DNA of 64,000 bases. Source: Tricharina praecox. Lineage: Eukaryota. Location of the stretch: positions 1,736,001 through 1,800,000 of the forward strand of contig NW_026250403.1 of the NCBI RefSeq assembly GCF_024521635.1. The letters run 5' to 3'. Position 1 is the stretch's first letter, and the number at the start of each line of letters is the position of its first letter. Below, piece after piece: positions 1 to 13,269 of the stretch. The notes beneath the pieces are model-generated. The model was not told where the DNA came from. It made no database searches and saw only the letters and a list, made by a program, of their open reading frames with translations. The position numbers were made by a program, and so were the translations under genes.

Positions 1-803
1 GTGGTGCGGCGGCGGCAAAGGATCCCTTAGTCGGCCGCACAGTCGCCTCACCATACCACTTGACATCAGCCCGACATCATAACCTACACACTAGTCGCCT
101 CCACCCACCAATCTCCCCACCGCTGGTGTCGTAGCTCGGGGCCGTAGAAACAACTAAAGGGATGGGTGAACAGCGTAAACGAGTAGTCGAGCCACCTACT
201 CTACATACCACTTAACGGTTGGACGCTGGAAAGAGATGGGGTATGTACTCTACAACATACGGTACCTTCCCAGGCCTCCCCAGCTGGCGGAACTTCGAAG
301 TACTTTACATCACCACGACGTCCAAACACTGCTGAGCTGAGCGGAATGTCCCAAGCGAAGGTGGGAACCCGAAACCGAAGACATTAGCGTTTCTTCCGAT
401 CCACCAACCGAATCACCAAGAAACCTTCCATCTGATCCTGATCCCCACTCTCCTGTATGCACTGACAGGCCTTGGGCTAGCTGCAGCCTGCAGCCTGCAG
501 CCCATGGTTCCTGGGTTGTATCGGAGCCCATACCCCCCATCCCCTCCCCCCAGTCGGTGGTGATCACCCAGGGAAGGACGAGAAATTTCATGGGATCCCC
601 GATCGCTGGCTCGATTTATGTACGGAGGGCTGTACCTTTTGGGCAGGATGAATAAATCTCGGAGCCTGCCCTCGCCCGTCAACCGATTTCCATAGCTACA
701 TACTCGAGCTTCTACCCATACACACGCACATACATACCTACATACAACTACCGCAACCACCTTCACGACCAGTCATCCAGCCCTCCCCCCGAACGAATAC
801 GTC

Positions 804-2106
804 ATGTCATTAAGTACGGAGAAAAGCGAATTCTTCCTTCAAAATACCCTCATACTCTACGCCATCGGAGCCGTGGCTGCGATCCTTCGAATCATCATTC
901 GATGGCGTCTGATGCACCGACTCGGCGTCGAGGAATGGATCATGATATTCGGTCTCCTCTGCTGGACCGGCGACACGGCGTTAATCACAGTCACCGTGAA
1001 CAAGGGAACGAATCAAGTACCGAGCGACCATAGGTTGACAATGTCGCCACACCAGGTGCACGAGAGGGAAATCGGCTCCAAGTCCTTCATCACCGCATGG
1101 TTCCTCTACGTCACAGCGATCTGGGCGTGCAAGGCTGCCATCCTGATGTTCTACAAGCGCCTCACCGAGCGTGTCATGGAGCCAAAAATCAACATCGCCG
1201 CTGCAGGTACACTGGGATCCACCTATCTGGCCTGCATGCTCTCGCTTTGCTTCGTCTGTCGGCCGTTCTCTGGCAATTGGACCATATTCCCAGATCCCGG
1301 ACGTGAGTTGAACCTGCATTCAATCCCCCCACCACCACCCTGCTCGGTCAGTTTTTGATGCGGATTCTTTCCCCTCCATTAGCGGCTTGCACGGAAGGAT
1401 TACACTATGTGTGGATTGTCGGTGTCCTCAATATCATTACCGATCTGATGCTCCTCTGTATCCCGATCCCGCTCCTCATCCACCTTCAGGTGACTCTCAC
1501 ACGCAAGATCCTTCTGGGTGCTCTCTTCGGTCTCGGAATCTTTGTCGTTGTCGCCACTATTCTCCGCATCTATTTCACCGTGGTTGGTGGCAGCATCTCC
1601 AATATGACTTTCTGGTCCATGATCGGTATGTAACCCCTCCCCACTGGCACCTGAGCCGATCACGCATGACTGTATGCGCATAATTGTATAAATGTATTGT
1701 ACTGACTTGGTTTTCTCCTCGTCCTCTAGAAACCTCGACCCTATTCGTCGTTAGTAACGCCCCCGGAATCAAATCATTCTTCACCAGCAAGAAGAAGCAT
1801 AGCTCGAGCAACGGTAACTCGGGCAGCGGACTCTCCCGCTCGCACGAGATGAACAGCAGCATCGCGCACACACACTCCACCAATAACCACAACAAATCGC
1901 GAGTCCGCAATAGCATCACGGGCAACAACGGCAAGAGCACAAGCGATTCACAAGAATGGATTGTCGATCCCCAGAATCCCATGGTGATCCACCAGAGCAC
2001 ACGCATCGACGTTACCGTCGAAGGTGCCAGCTCCGATTCCACCAAAGATGACAAGGCCCCGAGCTATCAGGTCTCGGCAGAGGCAAGAAGTCATAATAGT
2101 AATTAA
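804..2106 (+). CDS. PTH11-like (rhodopsin-domain) integral membrane protein without CFEM; exons 804-1302, 1383-1625, 1730-2106
   Basis: Multiple hydrophobic helices with family-type motifs (CRPFSGNW..PDP, NIITDLMLLCIPIP, LFGLGIFVVVATILR, W..IE). GT-AG introns join three ORF fragments in frame. Ser/Asn-rich tail. Confidence 0.85.
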
Positions 2107-2649
2107 TGGTTCGTTCATGTCATGTGTATCATACTCTGCCATCGTATTGCTTTTCTTTCCTTTTTCTCTTTCGGTCCGTGTGTAAATCCTTCTTATTGTG
2201 GCCTGGGGTGTTTTGTTTCGGTTCTTCTGGTTCGGTCGGGTCGGTTAAGCGTCGGGTTTAAATTTTGGATCTGTGTTTGATTCTTCCTTTTGTTTTTATT
2301 TCCTTTATTTCCTCTTTCCCTTCTCCTGACTGAATGAATTTATCACAGCGGTGGTGGAAAGGGGGGCTGGGCGGTGGGTGGCGTAACGGTGTTCGTATCA
2401 TGACTTTCCGTTTTTCTTTCTTCTCCCTTTTTCTTTTTCTTTTCCTTACAGGTCAACCATTCACGGCCATAAATACAGATCCAGAGGCACATGGCAAATT
2501 TATTTCGTATATAATGAAATAGTTAATGCTGAGCATCGGGAGTTTCAGTTTTAGTTAGAGTGCCCACTGCCATTTCCCGATGTCGGCGTATCAGGCGAAT
2601 TCGCATGTACAATACATATGAATACCATGTATATAGATGGGATATTTTC

Positions 2650-2730
2650 GGGACCGCACCGGGACCACGAACACGACTGCGACTGCGACCGGGACCGCGA
2701 CCGACCGGGACCGGGACCGGGACTGGGAGG
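2650..2730. repeat. Degenerate GACCGG/GACTGC hexamer tandem repeat
   Basis: accgggaccgggaccgggactggga and gactgcgactgcgacc are visible. Confidence 0.7.
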
Positions 2731-2932
2731 GAAGGGTGTGTCTGTACGTATGTCTGTATGTACTCGTACGTAACAGCGGGTGTTGTCCCGTATGAAAACG
2801 TATAAACGTACGATGAGTCCATGACCGAGCGACTCTGCGTCTATAGTACCAGGCGGTCCCGACTCCCTCAAGGTCTCGTGGGTGGTTTTGTTTTTGTTTT
2901 TGTTTTTTTTGTTTCTCCTCTCCGTCCCCCTC

Positions 2933-3045
2933 CGTCCATCAGTCCATCAGTCCATCAGTTCGCTAGGTAGTCCGCCAGTCCGTCCGTAAGTCCGTCCGCC
3001 AATGTGTCCGCCCAGTCTGTCAGTCCATCCGTCCGTCAGTCCGTC
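2933..3045. repeat. Low-complexity GTCC/CAGT tandem repeat
   Basis: (ccatcagt)x3 followed by gtccgtcc/cagtcc arrays. Confidence 0.7.
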
Positions 3046-4039
3046 GATACCTATCCGAACGTTTTGGGGCACGGCCGGCACAAAGGACTCAATTCAAGCC
3101 ACCGCACCTGGCCGAAGCGCGGAAAAGACGAGCTAACTACCGTACCTTAGCATGATGTTATGTATGTAGTTTAGGTAAATCCTGATCCTCCGCTATGATA
3201 CAAAGATACATACCCGAAGAAATAAACCATGCTATGCTACTTGAACTCGCGAAAGTGCAGATCTTACATACGGGGTAGGTATTATACTACGCATCTACCA
3301 CGTACCTACATGAGTGTGTACCTGCTTAAGTTACTTGCTTATGGCTTATGTATGGATGGATGGATCCCCCTCTCCCCGCCCAGACCAGCCGGCCCTACCC
3401 AGTGCCCAGGCCCCAGACGAGACTCCAGGAGCCGACCCTGCTGATCGATGCTCCAACTCTCCGACTTCTCCGAATTGGTAGGCATGAGGTATGTAATACG
3501 AAAGAACGAGGCGGACTAGCGTCCTGCGCCGCAACTACTCTAGGTATATACCGTACCGTACTCGCTCTCTTCACGGAAACTGCCCACTGTCCACTGGTGA
3601 TGTCTCACAGCAGTACCTACCTAGCCCGACAAAACAACGCGTTACGCGTCTGCTACATTCTCCATGAGTACATACCGACAGCGGCCAGCGGCCTGCCAAG
3701 CTAAATGCTCGGATAATAGCGGGAGACCTCTGTACCTACATACCTGGCTGAGCTGAGTTTGGAGACTTGTCACTTGGCAGATTGGCGATACCATGTTTTT
3801 CCTTTTTCATCGTGATTTACGTGACTGTGTGCGACACATTTAGACTTTTTGGAGTGCTCTAGATGCCACTTTTTCCTGTCTGAGAAAGTGAACAGAGTTG
3901 TTCCAGCGCTCCCCTGCGGGCCTTACGGCCCTCAACCGCTAGTTAGATGATGGGAGGGAGAGACATGCCAAAACTAACAGTGCGAGAAGTGCTCGCCTCG
4001 TACTCTCGGTCCGCGCCGATAGGTCCGCTCCGAGAGATA

Positions 4040-4080
4040 CGTGCCGGTAGGTGCCGGTAGGTGCCGGTACATACCGGTAC
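4040..4080. repeat. 10-bp tandem repeat (GTGCCGGTAG)x~4
   Basis: gtgccggtag gtgccggtag gtgccggtac ataccggtac. Confidence 0.75.
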
Positions 4081-5741
4081 TTACCCGTGAGTGCTGTGGG
4101 CGAATCTGTGCCCCTCAGCTCCGCTTTAATACTCGTCCCTCTTCGTACAGACTCGTACCTGTGGGGGGTCTCGCTGGCTGACCCCATCTCGTTGGCTCCC
4201 TGTGGCCCGACTTCCATGGCCCGAAGGAAGCTCGCTATAAATTGCGTCTCTCGCCCGCACGGCGCAGAGAGCGGACTGAGCCGGGTCGGGCCGATTCCTT
4301 GCTACTACCGGGTACTACACATCCCGAGTCCGTCTTGACTGCCGTCCACAAAGCTTTTTACTGGTCCGTAGTTAAGTACTAGTAGTTATAGATAGATAAG
4401 CCGCGCAGTTTGTAAACAGGTGACAGCGGACTAACCGCACCTCCAGAAGTCGTGAAAAGCCCACCGGTACCAGGTATGTAGTACAGGCGTATTCTGCATC
4501 AGTTCTCGTATGCATATCGTATGCATACGCTTAAGCTTTGAGGCATTGACTGGTTGGCAGGTTGCGCACATCTCCGGCCCTGAGCTACTATGTAGGTAGT
4601 AACTACTGCCGTGTGCTTCTCGGGTCCGAGCCGAAGCTTGAACGGACCAGAAAAAAGACCTTAGCTTTGCTTAGATACTGGCAATACTATGGTAATTATA
4701 ATTGTCCCCATTGTCAAATGGGTTGATGCTAACCATCAGGGCGCCGGGCCGGTTCCTTTTCAAGATTTGACGCTTCAGGTAGCGAGTGGTAGCTCTGTGT
4801 GTTCTGTCTGCTGATCTTGGTGGTGTGCCGGTACGGTGATCTCGCTATTATGTAAACTCCTTGTGAGTCGGCAGTTAACTGTTGGGTTTGCTCCACTCGT
4901 GTGGTATCTCGCTATCTGTTACTGGGTAGGTATATGGCAATACCATTATGGATGGAGAACCTGCGAATTCCCATCATGACACACGCCGGGTTTACGTCCT
5001 GTACCAAAGAGGTTGGTAAAATTGACACCGTATTAATCCAGCAGACTCGTAAACACGGTAACCCAGTGGTGTTGGTCAGGTTTAATACAGGGTATTATGA
5101 TCAAATCCAAGGGTTGCTACGGTATCAAGTTTCCCCGATTGTTTGCTACCGGTTATGTATCTCCCAGCGCTGGCCAGATGTCGTTGACTCGTCGGGTCTG
5201 TAGTGCATACGGTAGATGTTCCCGGGGGCCTGGCTCGTCACTCGTCACTCATCGTTCTGCTTGCCGGTCTATACGCAGTAGCTAGCCATCACAGTTTATC
5301 CGTAAAGACGGTGAGCTGGTAAGTCGGTGGCAGTCCAGACTCCAGAGGGAGTATCGCTTAGCCGGGCCCGTGACACATCCACCCCCGAAGCGTGAATGGC
5401 ATCTCGCGTCTAGCCCAGCCCGCCGAGCCCGTGTTTGGAAGTATGCACTCACGTGGCACAGCCGACATCCGCAGCCGACCTCTGCAGCCGACCTCCAGAG
5501 TGATATCCGGTGCGGCACTAAACAGCCACTAACTAGGCCCATCGCAAAACCCTGCACGGCATCACCAGCCCCACTCAATCACCCCACCCCCGCCCCCACC
5601 CCACACCGCACCCTGTAGATACCGCACCAGCCCCACCCACACGCAATCACCCCACCCCACAGGCCACAGGTCACAGCGCACCCTACCACTCGTACCACTC
5701 GTACCACCCGACCGCACGCCCACCCGAGCCCAAGACCGCCC

Positions 5742-6273
5742 ATGCTTCTCCCCCGACTCCCCCGACTCCTCTTCCGCCGCACACTCGCGACCGCAACGAT
5801 GTCGACCACGCCGCTCGAAGACGCGATCCGCAGCAAGCTCACGGCCTCCCTGGCGCCGCGCACGTTAGAGATCTGGAACGACTCGCACAAGCACGCGCAC
5901 CACAGCGCGATGCGGGGGGTGGCGGATAAGAAGGAGACGCATTTCCGGTTCGTTTCTGCGGTTGAAAAGGCGGATGGGGATGGTGGGGGGAGAGGGTTAT
6001 GGGGGAGAGGGCTGATTGAATTCGCGCGCTAGGGTCGTCGTCTCCTCCGCACAGTTCAAGGGACAGCCGCAGATCGCCCGGCATAGGGCTGTTAACGCGC
6101 TGCTGAAGGAGGAGCTCGAGAGGGAGGGCGGGATTCATGCGCTACAGATGAGGACGCTTACACTCGAGGAGGAGGATCGGTTGCTCGAGAAGGCGAGGGA
6201 GATGGAAAAGGCCGAGGCCGAGGCCGAGGGGAATTGTGCGGGTGCTTGTGCCAAGGGTGGGGAGAAGGCGTAA
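5742..6273 (+). CDS. BolA-family protein, probably mitochondrial (Bol1/Uvi31-like); exons 5742-5947, 6033-6273
   Basis: Motifs NDSHKHAHH, ETHFR|VVVSSAQF.G...IARHR.VN.LL.EE, GIHAL. Arg/Leu-rich N-terminal presequence. Intron gttcgt...gctgat...ctag. Confidence 0.92.
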
Positions 6274-6589
6274 ATAACGGATTGCTACATGGGTCTCTAC
6301 AAGCGGAATTGGAGGGAAGCGGGGTGCATGGTTGAGTGTTTGATATTGCAGCGATTCATCATGATGATTAGATGCACAGGTAGCGCTTCACGATATTGAT
6401 TGATGATTCAATGGGATGCACTGATATCATTCACATCATTCACGCAGCGACAAAACCTCCCACAAAATAGATCATCGAGAATCTTCAGGAGCTGGTCATT
6501 CATCACATCCCTAATTTATTCCCAGGAAGAAAAAAAAGAACAAAGGCCATAAGAAATCAAACTCCAGAAACGACACCCTTTTGCACACC

Positions 6590-7578
6590 CTAGTTGCGCT
6601 CCTTACGCCTAAGCTCGTCCGAGAACTCGTCGAGAGGGCTGCGGATGAGCATGGTCTCCTTCCACAGGTTGGGGGTGAGGAAAGCGTAGGTGTTGGAAAC
6701 GGCAGAGAAGGTAGCCTTGAGGGTGTTCTCGAGGGTCTTGGTAGAACCGGACGACTGGGTGTAGGCATCCTGGATACCGGCAAGCTGCATAAGACGCTTG
6801 ACGGCGGGGGAGGCGACAAGTCCAGTACCGCGGGGAGCGGGGATCAACTGCAATCATCGTCAATCTTCCTGTGCGCACCAATCAAGTGGAAAGAATATTC
6901 ATACCCGAACAGTGACGGAACCGCACTTTCCAGACTCCTTGGCAGCCAGGGAGTGGGGCTCTCCGAGGGAGGTGCCCCAGTATCCACGACGGATGGGAAG
7001 AACGGACAGCTTGGCGATGATGATGGCAGCACGGATGGCAGTCGCGACCTCCTTGGAGGTCTTGATGCCGAGACCGACGTGACCCTCGGAGTCACCGATG
7101 ACAACGATGGCCTTGAAACGGGTACGCTGACCGGCACGGGTCTGCTTCTGGACGGGCTTGATCTGTAGGTGGATATACGAATGAGAAAATGATCACAATT
7201 TCGCAGCTCTTCTCGAGTGAGGGCTAGGGCCAATTGCTTCGCCAGAGGCTACACTGTCCCTGGAGCAGATGGAATTCATTCGCTGCTCACCTTCATGACC
7301 TCATCCTTGAGCTTGGGCAAAAAGTGGTCGACGATCTGGAACTCCTTGATAGGCAGGGAGTGCAGGTAGATCTCCTCCATCGACTTGATCTTGCCGGCCT
7401 TGACGAGACGACCGAGCTTGGTGACGGGCTGCCACTCCTTCTCCTCGCTCTTTCCAGCGCCACGACGACCACGGCCGCGGCCACGACCACCACGTCCACG
7501 GTCACCACGTCCACCACGGTCACCACCAGCGGCTCCTCCGCGCGCTCCGAATCCTCCGCGTCCAGCTGCGTCGGCCAT
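6590..7578 (-). CDS. RPS2: 40S ribosomal protein S2 (uS5); exons 7578-7291, 7162-6905, 6847-6590 (267 aa)
   Basis: RGG-rich N-terminus, [37 protein letters not shown]; two in-phase GT-AG introns. Confidence 0.98.
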
Positions 7579-7762
7579 GTTTTGATTTTTGTTGTTGGTG
7601 GTTGGGTGATTTTAGGACCGAAGGGCGGCGACGACGAACGGGTGCTGTTTTTTTTCGATTGTCGATACTGATCTAGTCGTGATAGATTTGGTCTGTGTGA
7701 ATAGCAATTGTGGATTTCAGTGTGGGTCTTGGCACTCTCGAGTTGGTGGGGCATTCGGCTAA

Positions 7763-7821
7763 TTAGGGCAAGATGGAAGTCACAGAGTAGAGAGGTGGCT
7801 GGTCATGATCAGATAAGGGCT
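7763..7821 (-). promoter_or_regulatory. Ribosomal-protein promoter motifs: GCCCTAA (7763-7769), Homol D-like TGTGACTT (7777-7784), AGCCCTTA (7814-7821)
   Basis: About 185-240 nt upstream of the RPS2 ATG; these resemble the Homol D (TGTGACTG) and GCCCTA elements known from ascomycete RP promoters. Confidence 0.6.
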
Positions 7822-8279
7822 GAAGTGCTCTTGATGACTAATAATGACTTACGTAATCCATCGGCAACTCAATTGAAGTAAATTCACAGAGGCATGCGGG
7901 GTGCTTTTGCTACGGGCATCAAAATGTCTGTTGCCTTACACTCCACATTTTTTGGGGATCTTTGAAAGATGCGGCTCTGCACCGGTGAAGCAGTTACATA
8001 CTCCATGCAGCGACGCGTCATACCATCTCGGGATAACAGTGCCGCGGTGTTGGTACCTTGTAATAAAAGTTTAGTCCATGCCGCCGATAGCTATATCTTT
8101 TACGGAGAATACGTAGCCATTCCAATCCTAGAAGCGAGAACGTCTACAACAATTTACACAATCACTTCAGTCAGTATTCAACGACTTGATTCCCCATACG
8201 CCAAAATCCGACCGCGTTGCATCCCGCTCCCGATAATACCCCGCATTCCTCCCATACGATCCCCCACGAAGCTTCCACG

Positions 8280-9932
8280 ATGAGCTTGAAGTTCGATCCG
8301 AGCCCACAGGGCCTTACGTCGCTTCTCGATACCGACCTTTATAAGTTAACGATGCAATGCGCCGTCCTCCGTTCCTACCCTAATGCTGGTTGGTTCAGTT
8401 TCCTATGTTGCAGTGGCGCGCTCGAACTGACCACACTCTGGAGAAAGATTGTACCTATGCCTTTACGAATCGCACGCCAGATCTGAAGCTCACGCGGGAG
8501 AGCTTCAACTGGCTGCAAGAGCGCGTCGCAGGTTTGGCTCACACGGCGTAACGACGACCTTCAGTGTTAGCTAATGGCTTAAAGACTTGTCAAACCTCCG
8601 CCTCACTACCGACGAAGCCGAATTCCTCAAGTCGAAGTGTCCCTACCTACCGGAAGCCTACATCGCCTATCTCTCTGTCTTCCAATTCCGGCCACAAGAA
8701 CAGTTGGTGTTGACGTTCACCCCGCTGGATGAGGCTGCCCAGCATACTCAATGGGAGCAGCGGGGAGCGTCAGACGACACGGAGTTTGTGGGTTATCTGC
8801 TTACCAGCGATGGGTCACTGCTAACGGATACAGGGCGATCTCGAAATCCAGGTTCGAGGTAAATGGGTGGAAACCATTCTCTACGAGATCCCACTGCTGG
8901 TGCTGGTGAGCGAATGCTACTTCCGATTTTCAGAAACAGACTGGGATTACGACGGGCAAGAGGAGAATGCGTAATTAGACCATCCTCAATCCATTGTCAT
9001 TGATGTCTAACAGATAGTCTACAGCTTCAACAAGGGAGTGCAGCTCCTCGATAATGGCTGTCTCTTCTCCGAATTCGGCACACGCCGACGACGAAGCTAC
9101 CGTCTGTGCTCCCTCTTTGCTCCCATATACAGCTCACTGACACGCCGTAGATACGCAAGAGCTCGTCCTTCGCGGTCTCCTCCGCGCCCAAGAGACCCAC
9201 AAGTCGCAGACCCCCTCGGGCCCAGGTGCGGTCACTGGCACATCCAACGTCCACTTTGCGCATCGCTTCAACATCACCCCAATCGGTACTGTCGCACATG
9301 AGTGGATGATGGGTATCGCCGCTCACACCGGCTCCTATACGAACGCAAATGAGACGGCCCTTAAAGAATGGGTGGCTTGTTTCGGCGTCGGCAATCTCTC
9401 AATCGCGCTCACCGACACGTTCGGCACTCCGCAGTTCCTACAGTGTTTCCGGAAGCCGTGCACTCTTTCAGATCCGCCGAAGACATACGCCGAGATCTTT
9501 TCCGGCGTGCGACAGGACTCAGGAGATCCGGCCGAGTTCGTACATATCATGCGGCGCTTCTACGATTCCCAGGGAATCAAGGACAAAAAGACAATCGTTT
9601 TCTCGGATTCTCTCGACGTCGAGAAGTGTTTGGAGTACAAACAGGTGGCGGATTCCCAAGGCTTCATCACAAGCTTCGGTGTTGGAACTTTCTTGACCAA
9701 CGACTTTGTCCACCGCAAGGAGCACATCAAGGGGAAGAAGAGTGTGCCGTTGAACATCGTCATCAAGATCTCCAGTGTGAACGGAAGGCCGGCGGTCAAG
9801 ATTAGCGATAATGCTGGCAAGAATACTGGTGATAAGGATGAGGTCAAGAGGGTCAAGGAGGAGATAGGATACCAGGAAAAGACCTGGGAAGCGGGCAATG
9901 AGGAGAATAGATGGGGTGGGGAGAAGGTTTAG
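8280..9932 (+). CDS. NPT1: Nicotinate phosphoribosyltransferase, multi-exon (5 introns)
   Basis: SLLDTDLYKLTMQ, SEFGTRRRRS, GTSNVHFA, GTVAHEW, GVRQDSGDP, FSDSLD, KISDNAGKNTG. Confidence 0.97.
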
Positions 9933-10147
9933 AGATGACACTGCTGCCGGTTGGCGTTGATAGTGGAAACTCATGGGTGCATCGGATGGAATAAACAGAC
10001 CGAAATTTTCGTGATTGATTCTTAGTCCTCAATTTGGTGGTGGATGTCCGGTCTGATGGGATACCTAGTGAGGCCCATAAGATGGATATAACTTGCCCAA
10101 AGACTCAATAATAAGGCAACCCGGTCAGCTCGGGATGAAGTATATCT

Positions 10148-10420
10148 CCTCGGCCTACATAAGCCCGGAAGCGTTACATGAATGCCTACCATGACTTTAC
10201 GATGACGCCCATAGCTATCAATCCGCTTTGTCCTGTTATTAAGGGGAATAGAACTCGTGTAACCCATGCTGTCAACCATGGATGGTGTTAGTGCCAAAGA
10301 GGGGATACAAAGCTGTCCAGGCGGTTATCGTCGGTTTGAAGTCGGCTGCGCTATCCATCACGGAAATATCCGAGCGGCAGCTGCACATCTTTCTACACCG
10401 CACCTCCAGATCTTCCTCGG
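10148..10420. promoter_or_regulatory. Two CCTCGG (FarA/CTF1-type) sites upstream of the acyl-CoA synthetase
   Basis: cctcgg at 10148-10153 and 10415-10420; CCTCGG is the known core for fungal fatty-acid regulators. Function is inferred. Confidence 0.4.
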
Positions 10421-10560
10421 CCCCCCACCTGCAGCGCGATAGAGTAGAGCACATCCACTCCACACGTTTGACTGCCCAACCGAATTGATAGACGCACATG
10501 GGCCACATTACCGATACAGGGACCGACAGACAATAGATAATCCTACCCACCCCCACCAGC

Positions 10561-12429
10561 ATGAAGCTCCTTCGACCCGGACCTGGGTTCTTCCCACGAA
10601 TACGTCCTTGTCCACTGCAAGCCTCGAAGTCGGCGGCTTTCTTGATCTTGTCCGCACGCAGAACTATGACGACCGCAACGAAGATCACGCTACCACGGAC
10701 GCCGTTGTTCGAGGCTATCTCGAAACACCCGCAGGATAAGACTGCGATCGTTCATTCCGCGTCGGGGAAGAAGTTCTCGTATGGTTCGCTACTGGGAGAT
10801 ATCGCCGCGATGAGGGCGAGGATATTGGTATCCGTTGACGGGAAAGACGGGGTTAAAAGCGGGGACCTGCGGGAAAAGAGAGTTGCATTGCTCGTGGAGA
10901 ATGGATATGAATATGTGGGTGCGCACTTCCTAGGCGTCAAAGTTTCTGCGGAAGCAGAGGGCTGATGCTTTTGGGCAGTGGGGCTTCTCGCCGTGATTGC
11001 ATCTGGCGGCATAGCCGTGCCTTTGTGTACCGCTCATCCCGCGAAAGAAATGCGATACGTCCTCGGTGACTCTACGCCCTCGGCGCTGATTGCTACGCCC
11101 AAGTTTCGGGCGCGGGCGGAGGAGATTTTGGACTCCGACACCTCCCGCCTGCTACAACTCGAAGAGCTCGCGCCAGAACGAGAACAAGAAGTGGATGTGG
11201 AGCTACGGGCCAACGATTGGAAGGAGACGAAGCGTGGGGCGCTGATCATTTACACGAGCGGAACGACGAACCTCCCGAAGGGCGTGGTTTCAACCCATAC
11301 CTCACTGTCGGCACAGGCGTCGTCGCTGATTACTGCTTGGGAAATGTCGCCCAGTGATCACCTACTCCATGTGCTCCCGCTCCACCATGTGCATGGAATT
11401 GTGAATGCTACATTCGCGCCCCTCATGTCCGGCGGGGTAATCGAGTACTTATTCCCGTTCTCACCCTCAACGGTATGGTCCCGTCTCATCGCGGGCGTCG
11501 CCCAACCGGACGATCCCACAAAACGCGATCCGATTACACTCTTCATGGCCGTACCCACAATCTACAACCGCTTAATCTCCAGCCTCCCCTCCCAGCCCCC
11601 TGAAATCCAAAACTCGGCAGCAACAGCAATCCAATCCCTCCGGCTAGCTATCTCCGGCTCCGCCGCCCTACCATCCAGCATCCGCGAAAACTGGCGGAAT
11701 CTTGCCGGAACCTTCACAGGTGGCGGTAGCATGCTCGAGCGCTACGGCATGACCGAAATCGGGATGGCATTATCCAACCGTCTCGAGAAGCGCGTGAACA
11801 ACGCCGTCGGCTGGCCACTCCCCGGTGTCGAAGCGCGCCTTGTCGATATAGAAACCGGCGACCCCATCACGCAGCCCAACGTTTCCGGCGAGATTCAAAT
11901 CCGTGGGCCGACCGTCTTCCGTGAGTACTGGAACAAGCCTGAGGCCACCGCGAAGGAGTTTGTCGAAGGCGACTGGTTCAAGACGGGGGATGTGGCAACG
12001 ATGGATGCCGACGGCTGCTATTTCATCCATGGTCGGCGAAGCGTCGATATCATCAAGTCGGGTGGCGAGAAGATCTCGGCGCTGGAGGTTGAGCGGGAGA
12101 TTCTGGAGCTGCCACAGGTGAAGGAGGCGGCTGTTGTGGCGATTCCTGATCCCGACTGGGGGCAAAGGGTTGCGGCTGTGGTTGTTCTCAGTGAGCAGGC
12201 GGTAAAGGAGGGGTGGCAGTTGGAGCAGATGAGGACTGAGATGAAGAAGCGCATTGCCGGCTACAAGGTTCCGACTATTATGAGGATTGTGGACGAGATT
12301 GAGAGGAATCAGATGGGAAAGAGTGAGTACACCGTTCGAACTCCGGATTTTCGAAGTGTAGTACTGACTTGGAGGTTAACAGTCAATAAAAAGACTTTGA
12401 TCAAGAGCGTATTTGCGGATATTCTCTGA
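10561..12429 (+). CDS. AMP-binding acyl-CoA synthetase (malonyl-CoA synthetase/ACSF3-like); introns 10919-10978 and 12323-12382
   Basis: YTSGTTNLPKG, LPLHHVHG, ERYGMTEIGM, FKTGD, IIKSGGEKISALEVE, RNQMGK|INKK. Basic N-terminal extension before a second ATG at 10666. Confidence 0.92.
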
Positions 12430-12631
12430 GGAGTGGCTAAGTTACAGCGTTATGGTATAAGATAGAATACAGGAGGTTACTCTCTGCTATTATTTTATAT
12501 ACATGAACTGGTTGCTCGAACTGGCAAGTGCAATGTCGGAGCATGCTCCCCACGCATCTCTATCCGTGGCAATTGTGGACAGGTCATTCCAGCAAAACAT
12601 CGATGTCCGCAGTGCCAAAAGAAGATATCAA

Positions 12632-12705
12632 TGATTTCACCCAGGCTCGATCTGGGGACCTTGTGTGTGTTAGACACATGTGATAACCAACTACACCATG
12701 AAACC
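12632..12705 (-). tRNA. tRNA-Val(AAC), copy 1
   Basis: Cloverleaf GGTTTCA...TGTGT-CT AAC AC-ACACA...CCCAG-ATCGAGC-CTGGG-TGAAATC-A, followed by a T-rich trailer. Confidence 0.95.
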
Positions 12706-13195
12706 ATGTTGATGTTATGCTGTCCCGTCACTACAACTTATTCTCATTATAGTAGGATTGGACTCGGTATGTACCCGTACGGGACAAAGTCCTGAACACC
12801 GATAAAGTTGTGTTTTGCGATGCTGACGAACAACGGGAGGCTTTCACCGGTAGGAACAGGTGGCGGAGTGGACTTTGTCTGTCGGCACGTGAAGCCGGCA
12901 GCTGATCCTCAAACGCGCCGCCGTTGTGAATCGGGACGAGACGGGCTCCAGCCTCTGCCCTTCGGAAACAAACACAATGACAAACATCATGGGAGTTGCT
13001 GGCTCTAATTTGTGTGGAATCTTTGGATACTAGGTATGATACGATGTGGTTAGGTAATTCACTACTAGCTGGGGAAGTCCCAATTATTTTCTTCAGTGGT
13101 CCATGACACATGATTGGCTACGGCCAGCATGGATACCAAAGTTTCCCTAGCCTTTTTTCCTCAAGTTCGGTGACATCCGCACTGACAATATCAAG

Positions 13196-13269
13196 GGTTT
13201 CATGGTGTAGTTGGTTATCACATGTGTCTAACACACACAAGGTCCCCAGATCGAGCCTGGGTGAAATCA
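13196..13269 (+). tRNA. tRNA-Val(AAC), copy 2 (identical, inverted relative to copy 1)
   Basis: Same 74-nt sequence; trailer tgatatcttctttt. Confidence 0.95.

Noticed and set aside
2650..4080. Short tandem repeats as a CRISPR-like array
   Set aside because: Eukaryotic context, no unique spacers; these are simple low-complexity repeats.
6361..6424. Possible C/D snoRNA (ATGATGA...TGATGA...CTGA) between BolA and RPS2
   Set aside because: No terminal stem and no rRNA guide I could identify; it lies in TGA-rich convergent 3' regions. snoscan or small-RNA data would settle it.
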